IMG/VR virus record: IMGVR_UViG_3300025141_000016
Coordinates: 186,001-250,000 of that record
Strand: one strand, 5' to 3'
DNA length: 64,000 bases
Shown here: positions 1 to 9,144 of the stretch, piece after piece
Layout of the letters: each line of letters begins with the position of its first letter
Position numbering within the stretch: position 1 is the stretch's first letter
The notes under the pieces: generated by a model
Seen by the model: the letters and a program-made list of their open reading frames with translations, nothing else
Told to the model about the DNA's origin: nothing
The model's database searches: none
Made by a program: the position numbers and the translations under genes

Positions 1-696
1 CTCGCGCTCGGCTTCGGCAAAGAACCCGTCGAGTTCTGCCTCCCTGTCGGTGCCTTCAACCCCCAACACCTGCTTCATCACCTGCCACTTGGCTTGTGAG
101 GGCAGCACGTTGAACCACGGATCGGGCTGCTTTCCCGGCTCCGGGTACGACAGGTAGTTGCAGGCACGGAACCCACACTCCCGATCAATGGCCTTGCGGC
201 TCTTGCCCGAAGCATCGAACAGGGCGCGTAGTTCCTTTTTCAAGACCACGATAGAGACATGGATCCGGCCCTGGTGCTTATCGAGAGCCTTTCCTATGGA
301 CATGGATTTCGGGAACCCGCTTCCGTAGGTCCATGCTTCCAGGCGCAGGTCCACGAGGCCAACCTCGGCCATCGCCGCTGTCATACGGTGAAACGTGCGA
401 GTCCCACTGAACGCCTTGACCACCCCTCCGGGGCGAAGGACACGGTAAATCTCATCCCACAGCGTCAGGGAAAACGCGATGCCAGTACCATCCCAAGTCT
501 TGCCCATGAACCCCCGACGATCCGTGCCCACACGAGCGCGTCCATACGGGTTGTCCACGAACTGACGGGAAGACCCCCCACGGCTCACCGAGGTCAGGTC
601 ATAGGGGGGGTCGCAGACCACAGCCCCAACTGACCCTTCCTCATATTCTCGGAGCACCTTCACGCAATCTCCGTATCGTAAAGTCAACGTCTGCAT
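1..696 (-). CDS. DNA methyltransferase (N4-C/N6-A, beta-class), runs off the left edge
   Basis: Not in the ORF track (no stop in window). My translation from ATG 696: MQTLTLRYGDCVKVLREYEEGSVGAVVCDPPYDL...GFMGKTWDG...YRVLRPGG...WTYGSGFPKS; contains DPPY motif IV. Confidence 0.9.
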   Translation of the reverse strand, partial: MQTLTLRYGDCVKVLREYEEGSVGAVVCDPPYDLTSVSRGGSSRQFVDNPYGRARVGTDRRGFMGKTWDGTGIAFSLTLWDEIYRVLRPGGVVKAFSGTRTFHRMTAAMAEVGLVDLRLEAWTYGSGFPKSMSIGKALDKHQGRIHVSIVVLKKELRALFDASGKSRKAIDRECGFRACNYLSYPEPGKQPDPWFNVLPSQAKWQVMKQVLGVEGTDREAELDGFFAEAERE

Positions 697-706
697 CCCA
701 CCCCCC

Positions 707-1522
707 TCAAAAGCCAAACAGATCGTCAAGAGTCAACGTCACGGGTTTCCCCTCCTGGGCTTTCTTGATGGTGTCCAGATCCGACGTGACCTTCGCAGCG
801 TTCCACCCAGCTTCACGGGTGTTCCAATGACGAACGCGGCCTTCCGCGATGGTGAGGTATTCCTCCCCCATCTCGATACCGATGAACTCATGCCCCGTTC
901 GGAGACAAGCGATACCTGTCGTCCCTGACCCCATGAAGGGGTCGGCCACCACAGCATCCTGGGGCACGTCTGCCAACAGCCTCTCCATGATCCCGATGGG
1001 CTTCACGGTCGGGTGGATGTTCCGGCGTTTCTGGACTCGGTTCAGGCCGATGCCTTGGGCCGCTTCGTAGTCCTCACCATCAGAGATGGCCCCTTGTGCT
1101 CCCCCTGACATGCCGAACACCTGCTCGGGGAGATGGTCGAGCCCTTCCTCTCGCTCGGAACGGCTGGCCTTGGCGACGTAATGAAGGTGGTCCCCATCAC
1201 CGGGCTGGTCGGGGACCATGATGCAATCACGGACCTCAAAGCCTCCGTCCTCGGCGTAGCAAGCCCCCGTGTGTCCCGTGGGCTCGTCGTCGGGTGCCGC
1301 CAACATCAGGTGACCCCCTGGTTTCAGGACGCGGTGCGCTTCCTTGATCGCCTGGAGGTCATCGAGAGGGCTCTCCAACACGATGCCGTGGACGCTCTCA
1401 TCCTCATGCCCGGACCAGTCATAGCCAGGAGTTGCATGGATGAAGACCCCATCGATCCCCTCTGGGTCGCCAGGGGTGATCATCGTCCGCAAGTAGTCCA
1501 CCAGTTCAAAGTGCAGGCTCAT
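707..1522 (-). CDS. DNA methyltransferase-like protein with a degenerate catalytic motif
   Basis: HRVLKPGG, HPTVKP and DPFMGSGTTG (SAM-binding) are present; ESPL occupies the DPPY position. Start taken at ATG 1522. Confidence 0.8.
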   Translation of the reverse strand: MSLHFELVDYLRTMITPGDPEGIDGVFIHATPGYDWSGHEDESVHGIVLESPLDDLQAIKEAHRVLKPGGHLMLAAPDDEPTGHTGACYAEDGGFEVRDCIMVPDQPGDGDHLHYVAKASRSEREEGLDHLPEQVFGMSGGAQGAISDGEDYEAAQGIGLNRVQKRRNIHPTVKPIGIMERLLADVPQDAVVADPFMGSGTTGIACLRTGHEFIGIEMGEEYLTIAEGRVRHWNTREAGWNAAKVTSDLDTIKKAQEGKPVTLTLDDLFGF

Positions 1523-1845
1523 GCGCCCCCCTTGGGCTTCAAGAGTTCTTTCAGCACATCCATGACGGGTTCTCCCCACGCTTCTTCCGTCATCACCGCT
1601 CGGGTCACCGAGGGCGAAGCGTAGGGGCACGCGGGGCACCCCAAGTAGGTACAGATGCCCTTGCCTCCACGGAGTTGGGGCATCTCGGCATCCACAACCA
1701 CGGAACACAAGTGGCCCCCACAGTTGGGACACGGAGGGGTGTCTGCTGGAGCACGCTCCCAAGTAGGGGTGCCTGTGGGTTCGGGGTCAGGGAGTCCGTA
1801 ATCGCGCAGGCTCATGGCTTGTTCCGAGGTCAGAGGGTGTGCCAT
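1519..1845 (-). CDS. small Zn-finger protein
   Basis: CPNC...CPAC pairs; overlaps the next gene by ATGA. Start uncertain (1845 or 1815). Confidence 0.6.
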   Translation of the reverse strand: MAHPLTSEQAMSLRDYGLPDPEPTGTPTWERAPADTPPCPNCGGHLCSVVVDAEMPQLRGGKGICTYLGCPACPYASPSVTRAVMTEEAWGEPVMDVLKELLKPKGGA

Positions 1846-2160
1846 CTGTACCCGAGAGGGAGGGAGCCACAACCCCCCACTACCAGATGGAGTCAGTGCG
1901 AGGCACCGGCTGGCCGTGCTGGCGCACCATCACGATCCCAACGACAATGAGAACCCCCACGCACAACCCCAGATGGACCGGAATGTAGAGGATCTTCTTC
2001 ACCCGAGGGCACTGGAAACGTGAACGGGGTCGGCGGCGGTTACCTCGCATGGGATCACTCCTGGGACCAGTGGGGGGAGATAGCGAGATCCCAGCAAGCG
2101 GGGAGTAGACCACTCGTTTGACGCACGGGAGGAACCTCACATGGCACCACCCTACCCATC

Positions 2161-2175
2161 CGGTGAGGTGTCTAT
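2161..2175 (+). promoter_or_regulatory. class L (putative late) promoter motif
   Basis: CGGT-GAGGTGT-CTAT, 28 nt before ATG 2203. Confidence 0.6.
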
Positions 2176-2202
2176 CCCTTCCCCCATAGGAAGGAGGTGG
2201 CT

Positions 2203-2463
2203 ATGGAAGTCAATCCCAAAGACCCAAAGACCCTGATGGCTGCCGTTGTGGTGGTGGCAGGAGCCCTTGCGGGCGGATCCGTCCTCGGTTTCACTATCGA
2301 ACCAGAGGAAACAACTGCCCTCCGGGTAGCCAATGCGACCCTTACCGAACGGGCTTCCAACTTGGAAGCCCAAGTCGAAGGCTTGGAAGGCCGGGTAGGG
2401 GTGCTGGAGGAGATCGTAGCGGATTGCAGTAGGGTGGTCGCCGCCCTCAACACCCCCCAATAG
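2203..2463 (+). CDS. membrane-anchored coiled-coil protein (possible lysis/spanin-like)
   Basis: GGAGG RBS; hydrophobic N-terminal segment followed by a heptad pattern. Confidence 0.6.
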   Translation: MEVNPKDPKTLMAAVVVVAGALAGGSVLGFTIEPEETTALRVANATLTERASNLEAQVEGLEGRVGVLEEIVADCSRVVAALNTPQ

Positions 2464-2472
2464 AGGTCCACC

Positions 2473-2769
2473 ATGCCCACCAAAACCCCTTCCTTTGTTC
2501 TTGTGCTCGGACTCTCCCTTGCGGTGGTCACAGGTGGGCTCATCGCTGCCTTCCTGCCCCCACCAGTGTACGCCCAGGATAGCGAAGACACCTTGCAACA
2601 GGACGTGAAGTCTCTGGAAGAACGCATCCAGCAATACGGGCAGAACCTACCTGTCCCCCAAGGTCCGACACGCGAGGAACTTCAAGCGCGGATCACCGAA
2701 CTGGAAGCCGAACTGGCAACCTCCAAGGCCGCGTTGACAGCGTGCCAAAAGGCCGCCACAGAGGAATGA
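2473..2769 (+). CDS. signal/TM plus coiled-coil protein
   Basis: Hydrophobic N-terminus, AYA-like cleavage region, coiled-coil C-terminus. Confidence 0.6.
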   Translation: MPTKTPSFVLVLGLSLAVVTGGLIAAFLPPPVYAQDSEDTLQQDVKSLEERIQQYGQNLPVPQGPTREELQARITELEAELATSKAALTACQKAATEE

Positions 2770-2972
2770 TCAAGGTCACGGAAGTTCAATGGGCGGTGTT
2801 GGAAACCATGCGGGGCACTGACCGCATCTACCGGCCTCGGAGCAGCTTGGAACGCCTGGAGAAGAAAGGGCTCGTGAGCGGCAACCGGAAAGCCGGATGG
2901 ACCCTCACCGACAAGGGCAAACTCCTCACCCGTACAGCGGTGTCCTCTCTGTCGGCACACTCAATCGAGTAG
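2766..2972 (+). CDS. small winged-helix-like protein
   Basis: ATGA overlap; SLERLEKKGLV...WTLTDKG wing pattern. Confidence 0.55.
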   Translation: MIKVTEVQWAVLETMRGTDRIYRPRSSLERLEKKGLVSGNRKAGWTLTDKGKLLTRTAVSSLSAHSIE

Positions 2973-2980
2973 GGACTGTT

Positions 2981-3643
2981 TCAGTCAGCCATAAAACCGA
3001 GTTGGACCCCGGCTGGGACCGCCCATGCGTAGGGCTCATCCCAATCCATCTGCCCGTGCTTGACAGCCCACTTTGCCAGCCACAGCAGGTAGGCTTCCAA
3101 CGACTTCTGCATCGGGATCTTGACGTTCGTGGGGAGGCGGATCTCGGTGAGATCCTTGATGTTCTTGAAGATTTGCTTGTCTGGAATCTGGTCCGTCAGC
3201 TTGTACCCCTTTTCTCGGGCGGCCAACTGGTCGAACGAGAGTTTCAGCTTCATCTTTGCCATGAAGGGGAAGATGCGATCTGGGGCGTATTGCGCCGACA
3301 TACCAGCGAGACGGGCCAGTCTCTCCCGACGGGAATCATGCTTCGCCGTTGCGGTGCCGGGACACTTGGATGCGGTACGCTTCATCCCCCGGAGAGCCTT
3401 GCCCACCATAGACAGCGCATCTCCCACAAGGTCATTGACCTCTCCGCTCATGCCCTGGGATTCCAAGTAGCGTGCGGTATCCGTCAAAGCGTCTTCTGCT
3501 TTGGTGAGTTTGGGCTTGGCCGTGGCCCAAACGTAGTCCCAGTTGCCAGCCAACTTCGCCAGGATCTTCCGGCGCGTGGGGTCACCCTTGGGAAGCCCAG
3601 CGGCTTTGTGGATGAGTGCGAAACGGTCGGGGTCAGTAGGCAT
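2981..3643 (-). CDS. tag-A protein, hypothetical
   Basis: N-terminal DRFALIHKAAGLPKGDPTRRKILAKLAG; internal KRTA. Confidence 0.8.
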   Translation of the reverse strand: MPTDPDRFALIHKAAGLPKGDPTRRKILAKLAGNWDYVWATAKPKLTKAEDALTDTARYLESQGMSGEVNDLVGDALSMVGKALRGMKRTASKCPGTATAKHDSRRERLARLAGMSAQYAPDRIFPFMAKMKLKLSFDQLAAREKGYKLTDQIPDKQIFKNIKDLTEIRLPTNVKIPMQKSLEAYLLWLAKWAVKHGQMDWDEPYAWAVPAGVQLGFMAD

Positions 3644-3684
3644 GGAAGGCTCCAGTGCGGGATGCTGCTTACCCTCCCCGCCCT

Positions 3685-3698
3685 ATAGAAAACCTACC
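3685..3698 (-). promoter_or_regulatory. class L promoter motif
   Basis: GGT-AGGTTTT-CTAT, 42 nt before ATG 3643. Confidence 0.55.
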
Positions 3699-3771
3699 CA
3701 CCCCAAAAAACTGACCGACTCGTGTCCGTTTGGCGGTTCTCGTTTCGTTTCCACCTATGGAGGAACGACCC

Positions 3772-4275
3772 ATGACCATCATCGGAACCCTTATCACCCT
3801 GCGCTACCCCCTCTCCGAAGCGGAGATCGAAGCCGTCATCAAAGACCGTGAGCGGACCTACCGCAAGACACGGGAATCCCTCGACCGAGTAGAGGGAGAG
3901 TGGGCCGACCGCATCCGTGCCCACATGGACTCTCCCCGCGCCAAGAAGCGTTGGGAAGTCGAGATGGAAGGGCTCCGTCGCATCTACCGCGTGTCCCCCG
4001 AGGACCGCCTACGGAACGAGTTGGACTTCTGGCAGCGGACGGAGGAGAGGTTGATGGAAGACCGGGAGGAGCCCAACGACTACCCCCTCCTCCCCTGGAT
4101 CTACAGTGCCCAGCGGGCACTGCGAAGGGACGACTTCTGGAAAGCCGTCCTCGTCCTGCGGGAAGCACTGGCTTCGGGCGTTCAAGTCCCCGAGGGCCTT
4201 GATGTTCTCCACGGGGAGATTTGGGAGGACGTGGACGTACCCCCTGTGGTCGATGCCCGAGCATGGCCCTCGTGA
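3772..4275 (+). CDS. hypothetical protein, paralog of 18053-18574
   Basis: GGAGG RBS; shares PLSExEI and PW...RAL...W.DV patterns with 18053-18574. Confidence 0.75.
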   Translation: MTIIGTLITLRYPLSEAEIEAVIKDRERTYRKTRESLDRVEGEWADRIRAHMDSPRAKKRWEVEMEGLRRIYRVSPEDRLRNELDFWQRTEERLMEDREEPNDYPLLPWIYSAQRALRRDDFWKAVLVLREALASGVQVPEGLDVLHGEIWEDVDVPPVVDARAWPS

Positions 4276-4403
4276 CCCCTTCGTATCCGCTTGGGGGCAC
4301 CCACTCCGTCTCTACCTATACAACCCCCGGAGATCCCATGAGCATGAGCACACCCATCTGGGAGATGAAGGACATAGATCCATCACCCATATGACCCCTG
4401 CAT

Positions 4404-4418
4404 CGGTAAGGTGGCTAT
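4404..4418 (+). promoter_or_regulatory. class L promoter motif
   Basis: CGGT-AAGGTGG-CTAT, 33 nt before ATG 4451. Confidence 0.6.
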
Positions 4419-4450
4419 GGACTCGTCACAGGGTAGACGGAGACTCGTCC

Positions 4451-4588
4451 ATGCCTATTACCGCCACCAACCGAAGAACCCTCATCCGAAAAGCTGCTTC
4501 CCTACCCGTGGGATTGGCTCGGGAGGTCCAGTCGGCTCTGGGGGGTGGGAAGCTACCTGACGAGTTCGATGAGCACAGCTTTGAATGA
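4451..4588 (+). CDS. 45-aa peptide consisting mostly of a partial tag A
   Basis: GGAGA RBS; MPITATNRRTLIRKAASLPVG...; stop overlaps ATG 4585. Confidence 0.65.
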   Translation: MPITATNRRTLIRKAASLPVGLAREVQSALGGGKLPDEFDEHSFE

Positions 4589-7500
4589 TGCCCAGGCCCT
4601 CCCATAAACGAGTCGCCCGTCGTTACGCTTCCCGCACCGCGAGTGAAGCAGAGAGGTTCCCCCACGGTCCCAATGGCCCCAAGGCCGATGAGTGGTTCAG
4701 GGCATGGAGAGCACGAATAGGCCCCTACATGAGAGGAGCCTGTTACGACTTGGCGGGGTTCCTTCACGATGAAGGCGGGTTTCCCGTATGGGGGGTGATT
4801 GATGAAGACGGTATCATCGCCCACGCCTTCGCGTACAACCCCCGCATCCGAAAGGGCTTGGATGCTCGGGGTGAGGTAGACCCCGAAGATATGATGGATG
4901 GGGTAATCGGTGCCGAAAGTGTCCGTCCCCTGACCAAGAAAGAGAACCGATCTCTGTGCTCCAGATGGGGCTCCGACGAACGTGACTTCGCCCAACAGTT
5001 CGGGAAATACCTTTGGGATTTACGGGGGAGTCGTCTCGGAGCAGCCTTACGCACCGCGACCTCTACCAAGATCCCCGCAAAGACTGTCTACGCAGGGGGG
5101 TGGGAATGGAACAAGGGAGGCTTCGCGGACTGGCCTTCATTCCGACGCAAGCCCAAAAGAGAGCAGATCGCGTGGGCGAAGGAATACGTTGGCTCTGGTA
5201 TCCGCGAGCCCGTTGAGGTCACCGTGTACTCGGACGGGGGCGTGGGGTTTACGGACGGCCACCATCGAGTCATGGCGGGAACACTGCTCGACATTGAGAT
5301 CCCCGTGCGGGTCAAGTCCCGCAACTTCGACAAAGACCTGTGGCCTGACCTCCTTGCTCTGTTGAAGGCTGGGTACACACCCAAGCAGTACAACCCGCAG
5401 GGGTGGAAGCTAACCAACTCCGGTGTGCCGCCCCTGGAGGTTGTTCGCCGTGGTCCCAACGCCGCTGACGAATGGATCATGTCGAACGAGAGGGTCAAGA
5501 CCGCAGCCCGTCCCATCCGTCTCCCGACACGGGAGATCAAGGCTCTCGCCAAGAAGTTGGCGCAGCGGCTCTACCAGTGGGGGCTGCCGAAGCCCGGTCG
5601 GGTGATCGCACAGGAGTACCTGCCTCTCACCAACGTCATGGGTGACGAGGTGGAGGTCGAGATTCTACTGACGGGTACGCCCAATAAGTGGCGTGACCCG
5701 TTCAGCAGCGAACTGGTCCAAGGCGGATTCGCTCTGACGCATAAGAGGTCCGATAATCCTTTGGTGCGGATCTTTGTGAACCCGGACTTGGGCACCCGGA
5801 CGTTTGAGATGCGACCTCGCAGGATTGTCGAGAGCGAGTTGTACGAAATCCTTGCTCACGAACTCACCCATGCCGCAGACACATGGCTGGGCAAAGGCTC
5901 GGCGGTGGGCGCACTGGAAGGGCTGGGGCCGGGTTCCCACCACAACCACCCGGCAGAGGTCAAGGCACTGATGCGGGACGTGGTGACGCACCTTGAAGAT
6001 GGCGAGTACGTCCGCGAGTTGATGGGCTACGGCATGGACTTCAACACGGCTTTCCGCGAGGCACTGAAGGAAACCCAGTGGCCGGACATTGAGCCCTACC
6101 TGACTCCGAAGAACCAGAAGACCATCCTCAAAGGGGTCTACACCCACCTCCAAGACCAAGGGCTCACCAAGGCCGCGAGCAGGACCGCTGGAGGGTTCCG
6201 TCGGATCATTGATGAGATCGAAGACAAGACAGGCTTGGAGGCCAAGGTCGAGGCCGGGGCTGACAACATCAAGATCGAGTTGAAGCGCGGGACGAAGATA
6301 GTCGGCTACTTCCGAGCCTCGACGGTAGACCCAAACAGCTTCCAATGGAAGGGGGCTCCTCTGGACTGCAAAGAGGCGTGGGGTCAGATAGGGGAGCCGC
6401 CAGTCTGGATTGTCCGAGGAGCCCTGCTGAGTTGGTGGCTCCGAGGCAAGGGGTTCGGCAAGCTGCTCTACAAGGCATTGTTCTCCCACATCGCCTCCAA
6501 GAAGGGCGTTGTGGGTCCGAACCGTTGCTCCGGGGGAAACACATCACCGGATGCACAGCGGGTCTGGAAAAGCCTACGCTCGATGTACCCGAAGCATGGT
6601 CCCTTGATCGACTTGCGGAAGATGGCATCAGCCAGCCGAGTAGCCTCCCGGTTCCGCAGGATGGAAGCGGGAATGAGGACCGTCAAAGACCTTCCTGACG
6701 ACTGGTACGTCGAGATCACCGGTTCACTGTCGAATCTCGGCATCTATCTGCTGGACGGTGATGACAACACCGTAGGAAGTTTGGACATCCACCGGACAGG
6801 GGACTTCCTCCAAATCAACGAGATTCAGGCACGTCAGGGGTGGGGGCCGCTTCTTTACGATCTGGCTATGGAAGTCGCAAACGAGTTCAATGACGAGGGA
6901 CTAATGCCCGACCGTTCCTCGGTTTCGCGTGAAGCACGGGCGGTCTGGGAGCACTACCTCAATCGCCGTTCGGACGTTGAAGCGACCCTCTTGCCAGAGT
7001 GGGTACATGAACTCGCGGGTTCAGGGCACGTTCGCACACACTTGGACCGATATGAACCTGATTCCCCCCTGTCATACTCTTACCGGAAGACCACTGGAAA
7101 CCCGTTCATGCGGCAACTGGCGCTCCAAGGTCAGTTGGAGTCTGACGATTACTCTTTCGACCTCCCACGGGCCGCCGCCAGCCGTGTCGCCTCCCGGTAC
7201 GCAGGCCGAGCCTACTGCATCTGCTGGCCGACTGACGGATTGCTCTACGTCGAGGTGCCCAGCTACGACCACCTCCGCAATCTGTTGTTGACGCAGAAAT
7301 GGCGCGGGGACGCGCATTTGCGAACGAAGGACGGCTATGTCCCGTACTTCGGTGGCGGCATCGCCTTCAGCTTCACGAAGATGCGGATGAAGGGAGTCCA
7401 CCCCGTCTGGTACATCCGCAAGGGCTTCACAAAGCAACAGGCCGTGGCCCATCTGGTGGAGGATGGCTTGTTTGTGAGCGAGCGAGACGCGCTGCGTCAC

Positions 7501-9144
7501 GCTGAAGGGGATTACCCTGGCGAGTGTGAGTGGAAAGGCAAGAAGGGCCTATCGTTTACCCCGGATGCCATCGAATACGTCTGGTTAGGTAAGCGGGCAG
7601 GCAAACCGTTCGATGAGGCGAAGGCCGAGCTTCACCAGTTCATTCCCGACCTCGACGTGCGGTCGGAGGCCCCACCTTCGGGCAACAGTCCGTGCCGAGT
7701 TGCCTCCCGGTTCCGCAGGATGGAAGCGGGGCTCCTACAAGCCCCGCCGAAACTCGTCAAAGCCGTGACCGAATGGGCACAGGCCACCTTCGCTGACCGC
7801 GCCCACCACAACGCCCTGGCCAAACAGGCCAAGTTCGACCGGACAGGAGCCGGAATCATCGGGGGTCAGGACACCCTCGATCTGTGGTTCAAGAGCATGA
7901 AGCCTTGGAAGCGCACCTCCGCTGGGAAAGGGGGTGAGGTGTCCACTACGTTCGACCTCACCGACTACCTTGATGGTTGGCGGTATCGGCACCTCTGGGA
8001 CAACCTCAATGCAGGCGAGCAACGTGCTCTCCGCAAAGGCCCTCTCCGTCCGATCACCGTGACCAACGCTTTTGATGAGGGACGTTCGGGTGCCATGGGT
8101 GCTTGGTCAGACAAGAGACATGAGTTCCAAGTGTGGCTCCCCGCCGATGTCTGGATGCCAGAAGTCATCCCCGACCTTGTGGAGAAGCACGACAAACTCA
8201 TCCCGAAAACCGTTCGCCACGAGTTGCAGCACGCCACCCAAGTCATCCTCGGTGCCTTGACGGGTCAGGATTACGGGGGCCTCCCGAAACGGAAGGTGAG
8301 GCAGCCTCACAGCATCGAGGAACAACGCCAGAAGCAGATTGAGGACAACGCATCCGCATCGCGTGAAACCTTCCGCTTTCCACCAGACACGTCCAGCCCA
8401 CGCGACGACCGACGGCGAGATCGGTATTACCGCTCTGATCTGGAGTACCAGACCTCCCTCACCGATGCCGTGGGCGATTGGGAGTCCGACTCCCTACCTC
8501 CGGTGCAACGATGGTTGGACGAGACGGACCTCAATGACCGCGACAAGGGCAAGGTGCTTCGGTGGGCTGTTCGCACCTTCGTCGGTGAAGGGCGAGCACG
8601 GTTCCCCACCCTTCCGCGTGACTTCAAACGCCCTGACTGGAACCCAGGCAAGATCAAGCCGTCCGAGTTCTTTACGCACATCAAGGGCGACCGGGAGCGG
8701 TGGGCAGATGCCGTGGCGACCTTTTACAAGGAGATCGCCCGCACCACCAAACTCGCCCGCCGTGTAGCTACCCGGTATGCGAAGCGTGACTACCCGAAAG
8801 CCGGAGGCTCCGTGAGTGGGCTGCGGGTCAAAGGGGATGCCCCCAACCAGAACTCCATCAGCGCCTCGTTCTCCGACTATGAAGTGCTCCCCGACGTGCG
8901 AGAGGTACCCCTCTCCGACTTCGATGCCGCACCACATGACATGTTCTACTCGGCAAGTGACCTGGGGAGGGTCCGAGAACTCGCGGAAGCCATCGAACAC
9001 AACGGCTGGATTGCACCTCTCATCGTGGTCATAGACGATGACCCCAAGCCGTACATTCTGGAAGGAGCACACCGACTCGCCGCACTGCACACCCTGTCGA
9101 AACGAACCTTCCCCGCCCTCGTGGTGAGAGACCTCGACGGATGA
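4585..9144 (+). CDS. polyvalent polyprotein: papain-like, ParB-like, zincin, GNAT, GNAT, unknown, zincin, ParB-like; tag-B linkers
   Basis: GACY...AHAF...LDARG; DGHHR; HELTH; LRGKGFGKLLY; QGWGPLLYDL; HELQH; LEGAHRL. Modules are separated by SRVASRF/Y, RRVATRY and [KR]TA. Confidence 0.85.
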   Translation: MMPRPSHKRVARRYASRTASEAERFPHGPNGPKADEWFRAWRARIGPYMRGACYDLAGFLHDEGGFPVWGVIDEDGIIAHAFAYNPRIRKGLDARGEVDPEDMMDGVIGAESVRPLTKKENRSLCSRWGSDERDFAQQFGKYLWDLRGSRLGAALRTATSTKIPAKTVYAGGWEWNKGGFADWPSFRRKPKREQIAWAKEYVGSGIREPVEVTVYSDGGVGFTDGHHRVMAGTLLDIEIPVRVKSRNFDKDLWPDLLALLKAGYTPKQYNPQGWKLTNSGVPPLEVVRRGPNAADEWIMSNERVKTAARPIRLPTREIKALAKKLAQRLYQWGLPKPGRVIAQEYLPLTNVMGDEVEVEILLTGTPNKWRDPFSSELVQGGFALTHKRSDNPLVRIFVNPDLGTRTFEMRPRRIVESELYEILAHELTHAADTWLGKGSAVGALEGLGPGSHHNHPAEVKALMRDVVTHLEDGEYVRELMGYGMDFNTAFREALKETQWPDIEPYLTPKNQKTILKGVYTHLQDQGLTKAASRTAGGFRRIIDEIEDKTGLEAKVEAGADNIKIELKRGTKIVGYFRASTVDPNSFQWKGAPLDCKEAWGQIGEPPVWIVRGALLSWWLRGKGFGKLLYKALFSHIASKKGVVGPNRCSGGNTSPDAQRVWKSLRSMYPKHGPLIDLRKMASASRVASRFRRMEAGMRTVKDLPDDWYVEITGSLSNLGIYLLDGDDNTVGSLDIHRTGDFLQINEIQARQGWGPLLYDLAMEVANEFNDEGLMPDRSSVSREARAVWEHYLNRRSDVEATLLPEWVHELAGSGHVRTHLDRYEPDSPLSYSYRKTTGNPFMRQLALQGQLESDDYSFDLPRAAASRVASRYAGRAYCICWPTDGLLYVEVPSYDHLRNLLLTQKWRGDAHLRTKDGYVPYFGGGIAFSFTKMRMKGVHPVWYIRKGFTKQQAVAHLVEDGLFVSERDALRHAEGDYPGECEWKGKKGLSFTPDAIEYVWLGKRAGKPFDEAKAELHQFIPDLDVRSEAPPSGNSPCRVASRFRRMEAGLLQAPPKLVKAVTEWAQATFADRAHHNALAKQAKFDRTGAGIIGGQDTLDLWFKSMKPWKRTSAGKGGEVSTTFDLTDYLDGWRYRHLWDNLNAGEQRALRKGPLRPITVTNAFDEGRSGAMGAWSDKRHEFQVWLPADVWMPEVIPDLVEKHDKLIPKTVRHELQHATQVILGALTGQDYGGLPKRKVRQPHSIEEQRQKQIEDNASASRETFRFPPDTSSPRDDRRRDRYYRSDLEYQTSLTDAVGDWESDSLPPVQRWLDETDLNDRDKGKVLRWAVRTFVGEGRARFPTLPRDFKRPDWNPGKIKPSEFFTHIKGDRERWADAVATFYKEIARTTKLARRVATRYAKRDYPKAGGSVSGLRVKGDAPNQNSISASFSDYEVLPDVREVPLSDFDAAPHDMFYSASDLGRVRELAEAIEHNGWIAPLIVVIDDDPKPYILEGAHRLAALHTLSKRTFPALVVRDLDG

